This document shows, one piece after another, positions 19,408 through 28,223 of a DNA stretch of 64,000 nucleotides (position 1 is the stretch's first letter; every line of letters begins with the position of its first letter). A program made the translations under genes and the position numbers. The notes below the pieces were generated by a model. The model ran no database searches, was not told where the DNA came from, and was given only the letters and a program-made list of their open reading frames with translations. This DNA is from Polyangiaceae bacterium (GTDB lineage: Bacteria; Myxococcota_A; Polyangia; Polyangiales; Polyangiaceae). The DNA lies in contig JANRKO010000092.1 of assembly GCA_033763455.1 (NCBI GenBank), positions 64,001 through 128,000 on the forward strand. The letters run 5' to 3'.

Positions 19408-20244
19408 ATGAAGACCCTCTCCTTGGCCACCTTGAACGTTTGGAACAAGAGTGGCCCGTATGCCGAGCGGCTGCCGTTGATTCGGCGGGAATTGGCCAGG
19501 CTTTCCCCGGATATTTTCGCGGCACAGGAGGTTCTCCGCTTCGACTCGGCTCCCGGCCTGCCCAAAGCGGGCGATCAAGCTGCCGAGATTGCCCACGGCC
19601 TGCAATATTACGTCAGCTATTCCGGCGGATCAGATCTTGGAGGTGGCTTGCGAGTGGGCAACGCGTTGTTCAGCCGCCACCCCATCGAGGAAACGGAGGC
19701 CTTGGTATTGCCAGGCGAGGAAACGGGAGAGAAGCGCACGTTGCTCTACAGCCTCATCCGGACCCCGGTTGGCCTGCTTCCGACGTTTGTTACGCACTTG
19801 AACTGGAAGCATCACGAGGGCAGCGTGCGCCTCCGCCAAGTACTGGCGATTGTCGATGCGGTCCAGGCGCGCACTCGGTCAGCGGAGGATTGGCTTCCCC
19901 CAGTACTCCTCGGTGATTTTAATGCCGAGCCCGCCGCCGACGAAATCCGGTACCTTTCGGGCCTACATGTGGTCGAGGGCAAGAGCGTATTTTTCAACGA
20001 TGTGTGGCGTTGTCGAGGAGAGGGGCCTGGGTTTACCTTTGATCGGCAGAACCCATTCGCGGCTCTAGCGCGCGAGCCACCTCGCCGCATCGACTACATT
20101 TTTGTTGGGGCGCCCGATCGCTGGTGGCGCGGGGAGCCTCAGCGGGCCGAGCTCGCGTTCAACCAGGCTGAGGCCGGCATATTCCCCTCCGATCACTTCG
20201 GGTTAAGCTGCGAAATTAGCGTGGAAAAGCGCGGCCATGGCTGA
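19408..20244 (+). CDS. Endonuclease/exonuclease/phosphatase (EEP) family protein
   Basis: TLNVWN, AQEV, THL, LGDFNA, IDYIF, SDH. Confidence 0.9.
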   Translation: MKTLSLATLNVWNKSGPYAERLPLIRRELARLSPDIFAAQEVLRFDSAPGLPKAGDQAAEIAHGLQYYVSYSGGSDLGGGLRVGNALFSRHPIEETEALVLPGEETGEKRTLLYSLIRTPVGLLPTFVTHLNWKHHEGSVRLRQVLAIVDAVQARTRSAEDWLPPVLLGDFNAEPAADEIRYLSGLHVVEGKSVFFNDVWRCRGEGPGFTFDRQNPFAALAREPPRRIDYIFVGAPDRWWRGEPQRAELAFNQAEAGIFPSDHFGLSCEISVEKRGHG

Positions 20245-20293
20245 GCCCTTTGCGTTTTTCGGGCGCGAAGGCTAAGCGTCCCCCGAGGAACCC

Positions 20294-20605
20294 ATGAAAC
20301 ACGCTGTTTCCCACGATCTCGGTCTTGCACGGGCCAAACAGGTGGCCCAAGCCGCCTTTGATGCCTACACGGCCAAGTTTAGCCAATACAACCCCAAAGC
20401 TGTCTGGCGGGACGAGCGTCGGGCAGACATAGGCTTCAATGTGAAGGGGATGTCGCTTTCCGGCACGATGGAAGTGAACGACACCAGCATCACGATGGAT
20501 CTCGAGGTTCCGTTTCTCCTTCGCCCGTTTAAGGGTACGGCGCTTGGCGTGATTGAAAAAGAAATCCAAGAGTGGATCCAAAAGGCCAAATTAGGCCAGC
20601 TCTAG
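20294..20605 (+). CDS. Putative polyhydroxyalkanoic acid system family small protein
   Basis: SHDLG..A; W..F..G..G..V..LPFLL.PFKG..IEKEI pattern; 103 aa. Confidence 0.7.
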   Translation: MKHAVSHDLGLARAKQVAQAAFDAYTAKFSQYNPKAVWRDERRADIGFNVKGMSLSGTMEVNDTSITMDLEVPFLLRPFKGTALGVIEKEIQEWIQKAKLGQL

Positions 20606-20660
20606 TCCATGTAGCCCAAAAGGCGCGGCAAAATGCGGAGTGGTCAACGCGGCCTAACGA

Positions 20661-23147
20661 ATGTTAGAAGGCGCGGTTGTGAATCAGAAGATCCTCGAAA
20701 AGTTGCACGATGAGCTCCCCCTAGATTGGGAGAGTGTCCAGAAGAGTTTCCTACAGCATATCCAACACACCCAAGGTAAGCATCCCAACGCAGCGACTCC
20801 GCTGGACCACTATGTATCAGCGGTGCGCGTGGCTCGAGATCGCTGCTTCGACCGTTGGACGCGCACGTGGCGCGAACGCAAGGAGACTCAGCCTAAGCAG
20901 GTCTACTACCTATCGATGGAGTTCTTGCTGGGCCGCTTGTTGGAAGATGGGCTTCTGAATCTCGGCATCCGTGATGCGCTCGCAAAGGCGCTGGCAGATG
21001 TGGGCATCGACCTCTCTAAGGTGTTGGAAGAGGAGCAAGATGCGGGTCTCGGCAACGGTGGGTTGGGGCGCCTGGCGGCGTGCTTTATGGACTCGATGGC
21101 GAGCCTGGGGGTTGTAGCGATGGGCTACGGGCTTCGCTACGAATACGGGATTTTTCGACAAGAGATTGTTGGCGGCAGCCAACAAGAAAAGCCTGATCAC
21201 TGGTTGGAGCATGGTAACCCGTGGGAAATCGAGCGTCCTGAGCGCAGGTTCAAGGTGCAATTCGGCGGTCGCGTGATCCACTACACCAACGCGGAAGGCC
21301 GAAGGATCCACGAATGGATCGATACCTACGATGTCTACGCCATGGCGTACGACACGCCTGTGGTCGGCTACCGCAACAACGTGATCAACACGTTGCGCCT
21401 TTGGGCTGCCAAAGCCAGCCAAGATTTCGACATCTCCTACTTCAACCGTGGCGACTACATCAAAGCCGTCGAGGAAAAGAGCGCAACTGAGAACATCACG
21501 CGCGTTCTTTACCCGAATGACAACGAGATTGCCGGCAAGGAGTTACGGCTGAAGCAGGAGTACTTCTTGGTTTCCGCTACCCTTCAAGATGCTTTGCGGC
21601 GACATTTGGAGGCGCACCCGACCCCTGAAAATCTGCCTGATCTCGCGATTTTTCAGCTGAATGATACGCACCCGGCGCTCGCGATTGTGGAGCTGATGCG
21701 GCTGCTCGTGGATCAATACGGCATCGAACGGGAGCGGGCCTGGGAAATCACGCGGCGCTCAATGGCTTACACCAACCACACGGTGTTGCCCGAGGCGCTT
21801 GAGAAGTGGCCGGTGTGGTTAATGGAGCGGCTTTTGCCCCGGCACATGCAGATTATCTACGACATCAACCACAATTTCTTGGGCGAGATGCGTAAGAAAT
21901 ACCCCGCAGATGCCGAGAAGCTCGGGCGTGTTTCGCTCGTGGAAGAAGGCTCGGAGCGGCGCGTACGTATGGCGAATTTGGCCGTGGTGGGTTCCAGCCG
22001 GGTGAACGGCGTTTCGGCGCTTCACAGCCGGTTGATTCGCGAAGAGCTATTTGCTGATTTCGACGAACACGAGCCAGGCAAATTCATCAACGTTACCAAC
22101 GGCGTCACTCCGCGGCGTTGGCTGTTGAAATGCAATCCAGGGCTCGCCGCGCTCATCACGGGTTCCATCGGTGACGGTTGGGTTCGGGATTTGAGTCAGC
22201 TGGAGCGCTTGGAGCCTTACGCGGAAGATTCAGCATTTCAGGCCGCATTTCGCGCGGTTAAGGCCAAGAATAAGGAGCGCCTAGCCTCGTTTTTGTGGGA
22301 AGAGCACCGTGTCGAGTTGCCGCTTGGTTCAATCGTAGATAGCCACGTTAAGCGCATTCACGAGTATAAGCGCCAGCTGCTTAATATCTTGCACGTGATT
22401 TCGCTTTATCTGCGCTATCAGAAGAGTGAGCCAGTGGGCAGGCCTCCGCGCACGTTTGTGTTCGCGGGCAAGGCTGCTCCGGGGTACGAAATGGCCAAGC
22501 GTATCATTCACTTGATAACTTCGGTGGCTAACGTCGTGAACCACGATCCTATCATCCGCCAATACTTGCGCGTGATCTTTGTGCCGGACTACAAAGTGAG
22601 TGTGGCCGAACTGATTATCCCGGCTACAGATGTTTCCGAGCAGATCTCCACGGCAGGCATGGAGGCTTCCGGCACGGGCAACATGAAGTTCGCGTTGAAC
22701 GGAGCCCTCACCATCGGCACTCTCGATGGCGCCAATGTGGAAATGCGCGAAGCCGTCCATGGCGAGAACATGTTCATCTTTGGGCTTGAAACCGAAGAGG
22801 TCGCCGCCGCGCGGCGCGCGGGTCAGGATCCCTGGCAACTCTATTATTCTGAGCCGGAATTGCGGGCGGTCTTGGATGCTGTGTCGAGCGGGATGTTCTC
22901 CCCCGACAGCCCTTCGCGCTTTCGACCCACCGTAGATGCTCTGCTTTCCGGCGGGGACTACTACATGGTGTTGGCGGATTTCCTGAGCTACAGCGCTTGC
23001 CAGCGTGCTGTTGAAGATGCCTATGGCAACCCACAGCTCTGGACCCGGAAAGCCATTCTGAACGTCGCCCGCATGGGCTCGTTCTCAAGCGACAACAGCA
23101 TTCGTCGCTATGCACGTGAGGTTTGGAACGTGCCGTGCTCGGGCTAG
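20661..23147 (+). CDS. glgP: Glycogen/starch/alpha-glucan phosphorylase
   Basis: YYLSMEFL, GLGNGGLGRLAAC, LYPND, QLNDTHP, NGVTPRRW, KRIHEYKRQ, EASGTGNMK. Confidence 0.97.
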   Translation: MLEGAVVNQKILEKLHDELPLDWESVQKSFLQHIQHTQGKHPNAATPLDHYVSAVRVARDRCFDRWTRTWRERKETQPKQVYYLSMEFLLGRLLEDGLLNLGIRDALAKALADVGIDLSKVLEEEQDAGLGNGGLGRLAACFMDSMASLGVVAMGYGLRYEYGIFRQEIVGGSQQEKPDHWLEHGNPWEIERPERRFKVQFGGRVIHYTNAEGRRIHEWIDTYDVYAMAYDTPVVGYRNNVINTLRLWAAKASQDFDISYFNRGDYIKAVEEKSATENITRVLYPNDNEIAGKELRLKQEYFLVSATLQDALRRHLEAHPTPENLPDLAIFQLNDTHPALAIVELMRLLVDQYGIERERAWEITRRSMAYTNHTVLPEALEKWPVWLMERLLPRHMQIIYDINHNFLGEMRKKYPADAEKLGRVSLVEEGSERRVRMANLAVVGSSRVNGVSALHSRLIREELFADFDEHEPGKFINVTNGVTPRRWLLKCNPGLAALITGSIGDGWVRDLSQLERLEPYAEDSAFQAAFRAVKAKNKERLASFLWEEHRVELPLGSIVDSHVKRIHEYKRQLLNILHVISLYLRYQKSEPVGRPPRTFVFAGKAAPGYEMAKRIIHLITSVANVVNHDPIIRQYLRVIFVPDYKVSVAELIIPATDVSEQISTAGMEASGTGNMKFALNGALTIGTLDGANVEMREAVHGENMFIFGLETEEVAAARRAGQDPWQLYYSEPELRAVLDAVSSGMFSPDSPSRFRPTVDALLSGGDYYMVLADFLSYSACQRAVEDAYGNPQLWTRKAILNVARMGSFSSDNSIRRYAREVWNVPCSG

Positions 23148-23276
23148 CAGGCCGGCGGTAGGTTCGCCAAAGCCACGTTGTGGACTACCCGTACTGCACT
23201 CCCATTGGCTTCCTCGCTTACCCGATGGATGCTTGGGGGGCTGTTGGATTTTGCTAGGCGGCACCAGGATAGTGGC

Positions 23277-23795
23277 ATGTTAGTTCGTGGATGGTATTTA
23301 ACTTTGGCTCTTGGGTTACCTGCTTGTGGAGGCGCGCAACCTCCGGCGGTCGAGCCTGCTTCAGTTCGAACGGCTGCAGTCGCGCCGGCCTCGGCCGATG
23401 AGGCGCCCGAAGCGACCAGTAGTGCTTGGCAGAAGATGGGTTTTGATGAGCGGCGTAAGTTCATGGCCACCGTGGTTTATCCACAAATGGCGCAGCTATT
23501 CGCTGACTTTGCGCCGGCCGAATATGCGGGTGAAAACGAAGACGGCGAGCCGAAGTTTCAGTGTGAAACCTGCCACGGTGAGAACATGAAGGCGGTGAAG
23601 TTCAAGATGCCCAACACGCTCCGTCCGCTTTCCACGCCCAACCCCATCCCCGGCGCCATGGAGTATGACGCTCACATGACGGAATTCATGCTGAAAACGG
23701 TGACCCCGAAGATGGCAGGGCTTCTGGGGAGGCCGGCAGCGAGCGCCGAGCGCCCCGACGGTTTCGGCTGTTTTGGTTGCCATCAGAAAGAGTAG
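23277..23795 (+). CDS. Diheme c-type cytochrome lipoprotein
   Basis: Lipobox LPA-C; two CxxCH motifs (CETCH, CFGCH), each preceded by an FM..V.P.MA helix. Confidence 0.75.
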   Translation: MLVRGWYLTLALGLPACGGAQPPAVEPASVRTAAVAPASADEAPEATSSAWQKMGFDERRKFMATVVYPQMAQLFADFAPAEYAGENEDGEPKFQCETCHGENMKAVKFKMPNTLRPLSTPNPIPGAMEYDAHMTEFMLKTVTPKMAGLLGRPAASAERPDGFGCFGCHQKE

Positions 23796-23845
23796 GGGCC
23801 AATTTGCCCCGCTTGGCCGGGGACTTCGGGTAAAGTCCCTGCCGG

Positions 23846-25351
23846 ATGGTAGACGACCGCGAGTACCTACGCCTGGAGAAGGAGCGAGACCTCTACCTTG
23901 GCCTCTTGCGCCTTAATGCTGAGTCCAACCCAGAGCCCTTCTTAGAGACGGCTCTGGCGTTGATCGTCGAGACGTCTGGAGCTCAGCAAGGTTATCTGGA
24001 GGTCTTCAACCAGGACGGAGGGGAGGCAAGGTGGTGGCGCGCGGCGGGCTGTTCTGAAGAGGATGTGGAACACATTCGGCGTTTGGTATCGCGGGGGATA
24101 ATTGCCGAAGCGGTCGCGTCGGGGGAAGTGGTGATGACACCCTCGGCTCTTTTGGATCCGCGCTTTAAAGAGCGAGCCAGTGTGCAACGGTCAAAGATCG
24201 ACGCCGTATTGTGCGCTCCCATCGGTGCGGACACGCCACTTGGGGTCCTCTATTTACTACGCCAGGATCGCCCGGGTGTGTTTGATAGCGACGAGCTGGC
24301 GCGCGCGAAGCTCTTCACGCGACATTTGGCGCCGCTCGTGGAAAAACTGTTCACCGAGTTGGGGCGCTCGGAGGACGACCCTACGCGCCCCTTTCGTGCT
24401 CAAATCAGCGCAAATTCAGTCGTGGGAAAGAGCCGCGCGGTGGCCGCCTTGCTGGAAGAGGTTGCGGCCTTGGCCAAGCTCGACGTCGGCGTCTTGATCA
24501 TGGGGGAGACTGGCACCGGCAAAACGCAGATTGGGAGGGTGATCCATGAAAACAGTTCGCGTTCGGCGTACCCGCTGGTGGAGGTGAACTGCGCCGCCAT
24601 CCCCGAGCAGCTCCTCGAAAGCGAACTATTTGGTGCAATGCCAGGTTCTCACGCCACGGCGGTGAAGCGCCGCGAGGGCAAGGTTGCTGCAGCCCAAGGT
24701 GGCACGCTCGTGCTCGATGAGATTGGTGAGCTGGCGCTGGGCTCGCAAGCGAAGCTTCTACAGTTGCTTCAAGACAAAGAGTACTTTCCACTTGGGGCAG
24801 CGCGTTCGGTTTCCGCCAACGTGCGCGTGATAGCCACCACGAACGTCGACCTGAAACAAGCGGTGGCGGACGGCACTTTCCGCAAAGATCTGTACTATCG
24901 CCTGCAAATCGTGAGCTTTCGTGTGCCATCCATTCGGGAACGCCCTGAAGATCTACCGCTTTTGGCCGCACACTTTTGCGAGCGAGCTCAGCAGAACCAC
25001 GGCTTTTCGGGGCTCACGCTTTCTCCTGGCGCCGTGCGAGCGCTCACCTCCGCGGAATGGCCCGGCAATATCCGGGAGCTTTCGCACACCATTGAGGCTG
25101 CTGCCATCCGCGCTGCCAGCCGAGGCCTACACCAGATCGACGCCGAACACTTGTTCCCTGAGACGGCGCACGGTGCTCCCGAAGCACAGTCACTCACCTT
25201 CCAGGAAGAGACCCGGCGCTTTCAAGCCGAGCTCGTGCGTCGCGCACTTGATGCTACAGAATGGAACGTGAGTGCCACGGCCCGCCAACTCGACCTCACC
25301 CGTGCGCATCTCTACAATCTGATCAAGACGTTTGGCATCAGCCGCCGCTAG
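23846..25351 (+). CDS. GAF-domain sigma54-type (NtrC/Fis family) transcriptional regulator with degenerate GAFTGA
   Basis: GAF-like N-terminus; GETGTGKT, VNCAAIP, ESELFG-AMP-GSHATA, LDEIGEL, FRKDLYYRL, WPGNIREL; C-terminal HTH. Confidence 0.9.
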   Translation: MVDDREYLRLEKERDLYLGLLRLNAESNPEPFLETALALIVETSGAQQGYLEVFNQDGGEARWWRAAGCSEEDVEHIRRLVSRGIIAEAVASGEVVMTPSALLDPRFKERASVQRSKIDAVLCAPIGADTPLGVLYLLRQDRPGVFDSDELARAKLFTRHLAPLVEKLFTELGRSEDDPTRPFRAQISANSVVGKSRAVAALLEEVAALAKLDVGVLIMGETGTGKTQIGRVIHENSSRSAYPLVEVNCAAIPEQLLESELFGAMPGSHATAVKRREGKVAAAQGGTLVLDEIGELALGSQAKLLQLLQDKEYFPLGAARSVSANVRVIATTNVDLKQAVADGTFRKDLYYRLQIVSFRVPSIRERPEDLPLLAAHFCERAQQNHGFSGLTLSPGAVRALTSAEWPGNIRELSHTIEAAAIRAASRGLHQIDAEHLFPETAHGAPEAQSLTFQEETRRFQAELVRRALDATEWNVSATARQLDLTRAHLYNLIKTFGISRR

Positions 25352-25457
25352 GGGTGAGCTGTAGTTCGGTAGCGTGTCTTGTTAATTCGATGTTGATAGG
25401 CGTTTCAGGTTCTCATCGCATACGCTGCTTTTGGATTGTTGGGTGGGCCCATGCATC

Positions 25458-26606
25458 TCAGCCCAGCACCGTATCGAGCTCGCCCACCGGCACGACTTCA
25501 ACATTCTTCTGCAGCGCGTAGCGCTTTGGGCCCGGGTATACGACGAACAGGCAGCGCAGCCCGAGGTCGGCCAGGGCCACGTGCATGGACTTGGTCATGC
25601 CGGGCGCGTCGCTCCATTTGACCTCGATCCCGATCGGCGCGCGGCCCCTTTGCACGAGGATGTCGAGCTCTGCCCCCGCGTGCGTCGCCCAGAAGTAAAC
25701 GTTGCGATCCCCGGTGCGACGGATCACTTCCTCCAAAACAAATCCTTCCCACGATGCCCCCAGCTTCGGGTGGCCCGTGAGCTCGCGGGTGCTGTGAATG
25801 CCCAAGAGCGCGTGCAACAAGCCTGAGTCGCGAATGAAGATCTTGGGAGCTTTTATCAGCCTCTTCTCCATGTTTGGCAGCCACGGCTGAAGCTGGCGAA
25901 CGATCAGCGCGCCACTGAGAATATCAAGATGGCGCTTCACCGTGGGATAGGTCTCGCCGAGCGCGGCGCTGAGCTCGGCGCCGTTCCAGAGTTGCGCGTG
26001 GCGGTGGGCGAGCATGGTCCACAGGCGCCGCAGCTGGACAGGCGATTTCACTCCAACCCCCAATTGGTTGATGTCTCGCTCCAGGAAGGTGCGGATGAAA
26101 TCCTCACGCCAGCCGAAGCTCTCGGCGTCGCCGCGCGCCAAATAGGAACGGGGAAACCCGCCGCGTGTCCACAGCTTTCGCTGATGCTCGGCGCCGACCT
26201 CCGCGAGCGAGAAGCCGCCGAGCTCGACGAAGCGAATACGCCCCGCGAGCGTCTCGGAGCCTTGCCGAAGCAGCTCCGGTGAGGCGCTGCCCAGTACCAA
26301 GAAGCGTGCGGGGCAGGGGCGACGATCAGCTAACACACGCAAAATGGGGAACAGCTCCGGCTGCCTTTGCACCTCATCTATGACCACGAGCCCGCGCAGG
26401 CCTTCGAGAGCGGTCATCGGCTCTGATAAGCGTTGTGCGTCCCGAGGGTCCTCGAGATCGAAGCGTTCGCCGCGCTGAGTCTTCAGGATCTGGGCGGCCA
26501 GGGTCGTCTTACCGGACTGCCGGGGCCCCAAGAGCGCCACCACCGGATTTCCGCGCAAGAGCGTCGAGACTTGGGCCAGCAGGTTAGGCCGAGCTAGCAC
26601 CTTCAT
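25458..26606 (-). CDS. ATP-binding protein, AAA_14 + DUF4143 type
   Basis: GPRQSGKT, IDEVQ, LGSAS, GGFP, KAPK..DSGL, WEGFV, ELD..IEVK. Confidence 0.9.
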   Translation of the reverse strand: MKVLARPNLLAQVSTLLRGNPVVALLGPRQSGKTTLAAQILKTQRGERFDLEDPRDAQRLSEPMTALEGLRGLVVIDEVQRQPELFPILRVLADRRPCPARFLVLGSASPELLRQGSETLAGRIRFVELGGFSLAEVGAEHQRKLWTRGGFPRSYLARGDAESFGWREDFIRTFLERDINQLGVGVKSPVQLRRLWTMLAHRHAQLWNGAELSAALGETYPTVKRHLDILSGALIVRQLQPWLPNMEKRLIKAPKIFIRDSGLLHALLGIHSTRELTGHPKLGASWEGFVLEEVIRRTGDRNVYFWATHAGAELDILVQRGRAPIGIEVKWSDAPGMTKSMHVALADLGLRCLFVVYPGPKRYALQKNVEVVPVGELDTVLG

Positions 26607-26644
26607 CCTTGAAAATCTATCTATTAACCATCAGTTTTTCAAGG
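26607..26644. promoter_or_regulatory. Operator-like inverted repeat abutting the AAA_14 start codon
   Basis: CCTTGAAAA (26607-26615) - 20 nt - TTTTCAAGG (26636-26644) in an AT-rich patch. Confidence 0.6.
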
Positions 26645-26878
26645 TAAAAATTTACAGGATCCTTGCGTCAGCACGGGCACCGCAGCTGCTCGAAAGGCCT
26701 ACGGTGTGCGCGCTGGAAGTGCGTTGACCGGTTCCGTAGCTCGTCGTGCGTTTCGGACCCACCAACATTCGCCCCCGCCGTGGCGAGGTGTCCAATTGCC
26801 TTGACACCCAGTGTCCAATCCAATTGTCAGATCGCAGCTATGAGGCCTAAAAAAGCCTGTGAAACGCACGGGCCTGGA

Positions 26879-26893
26879 TGGAACGAGCCTTGC
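26879..26893 (+). promoter_or_regulatory. Sigma54 -24/-12 promoter, with tandem enhancer-like sites at 26788-26830
   Basis: TGGAACGAGCCTTGC has one mismatch to TGGCACG-N4-TTGC and lies 14 nt before ATG 26907; upstream TGTCCAATTGCCTTGACA and TGTCCAATCCAATTGTCA are 23 bp apart. Confidence 0.6.
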
Positions 26894-26906
26894 GTAAGGG
26901 GCTGGC

Positions 26907-27680
26907 ATGGCAAGCTCAGCGCTCCCCCTTTGGTCCTCGTCTTTTCATGTCCCGAGCGAGCCTCGGCTGGTCTCCAGGGACATCGTGCTTTGGCTGGACT
27001 CGGGTGCGTCGAGTCCGCGTGCGGCCGAGGCCACTTGGAGCGCGCTCATGTCGGGAGAGCGGCGCGTGGTCGACGCGTTCTGCGACAATGCGCGGGCCTA
27101 CCTGGTGCTTGAACGTCGTACCGTACGAGTACCGCAAGCCGAGGCACTGCTCCCTCGCTACGTGGAGATGCTCAAGCGCTTGCTCTCAGGCCAAAGCCAG
27201 AAGGCCATTTCGATTGACCTTGGGGTAACGCCTTCGACGGTGGCGCTCAGCCTGAGTCGTTGCATGGCGCGTTTGGGTCTCGCTTGCCGTGCGCAGAATC
27301 TTCCCCTTGCGCTGGCGTTGCTAGGTCAGGCAGCGAACTTTGGTCTACCCACAGCTGACGTACGCGTTAGCTGCTACGAGGCAGGTCAACTGCGCTATGA
27401 GATCGTCAGTGTTGCTCGCCCTGACCTGGGGCTGCCTTCTATTCTCTCTACGGCCGAGCAAGCGGTGGCTCGCCAGGTGTTGGAAGGTACCACACACACC
27501 GAAGCGGCAGAGCTGCGCGGCACTTCGCGCCGCACGATTGCGAACCAGTTGAGCGCAATCTTCCGCAAACTCGGTGTGTCAGGCCGATTTGAGCTAATGC
27601 GGCGGCTTCAGACGGCGAGCTTTTCCCAGGCGCGCCCTGTTCCCGCACCGCCGCTTGCCTCGACGGCTGCTGCTAGCTGA
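26907..27680 (+). CDS. Transcriptional regulator with two LuxR-type HTH domains
   Basis: LLSGQSQKAISIDLGVTPSTV and LSTAEQAVA..GTTHTEAAELRGTSRRTIANQLSAIFRKLGV. Confidence 0.8.
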   Translation: MASSALPLWSSSFHVPSEPRLVSRDIVLWLDSGASSPRAAEATWSALMSGERRVVDAFCDNARAYLVLERRTVRVPQAEALLPRYVEMLKRLLSGQSQKAISIDLGVTPSTVALSLSRCMARLGLACRAQNLPLALALLGQAANFGLPTADVRVSCYEAGQLRYEIVSVARPDLGLPSILSTAEQAVARQVLEGTTHTEAAELRGTSRRTIANQLSAIFRKLGVSGRFELMRRLQTASFSQARPVPAPPLASTAAAS

Positions 27681-27722
27681 CGTTTTTATTGTGGTGAATA
27701 GGGCCCACTCAGGGAACGTCCG

Positions 27723-28211
27723 TTACCCTGAAGTGCCGGCGTTGCCCGCTGATGCTCCAGCTAACCCGCCAGTAGCTCCACTAGCTCCCGCTGAGCCTCC
27801 CCCGCCTGAAGTCCCGCCGGAAGCTGAAGGGGCGCCGCCTGAGGAAGCTCCACCGTACGGTATCGACGCGCCGCCCGTTCCTGCGCTATTCCCAAACCCG
27901 CCAGCTCCGAAAGCGCCGCCCACGTTTCCAGATGCGCCGGCGGCTCCCCCGCGCGGAAGAATACTGCGGCTATCCATGAACGCGCCACTGCCGTGATTGG
28001 GACTCTCAGGCAACGCACTGAACCCGGCCACATCCGCGGCGCTGCCAGGGGGTACCTTGGAATTCACCCCGCGCCCAGCCGCAGCGACTGTGTCCACGTA
28101 GCCGCCTTTGTCTCCATCTGCACAGCCGGGCGTTCCCGCGAGCAAGCACGTCGTCAGGGCGGCGACGCCGAGACTGCATGGCAGCCTGATGTGACGGTGT
28201 CGGTGAAGCAT
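27723..28211 (-). CDS. Small Gly-rich secreted protein/lipoprotein, last gene of the vWA-FHA/ABC operon
   Basis: Hydrophobic signal ending TPG-C, Gly/Ala/Ser tail; starts 12 bp after the ABC gene stop. Confidence 0.6.
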   Translation of the reverse strand: MLHRHRHIRLPCSLGVAALTTCLLAGTPGCADGDKGGYVDTVAAAGRGVNSKVPPGSAADVAGFSALPESPNHGSGAFMDSRSILPRGGAAGASGNVGGAFGAGGFGNSAGTGGASIPYGGASSGGAPSASGGTSGGGGSAGASGATGGLAGASAGNAGTSG

Positions 28212-28223
28212 GGCGACGTAATT

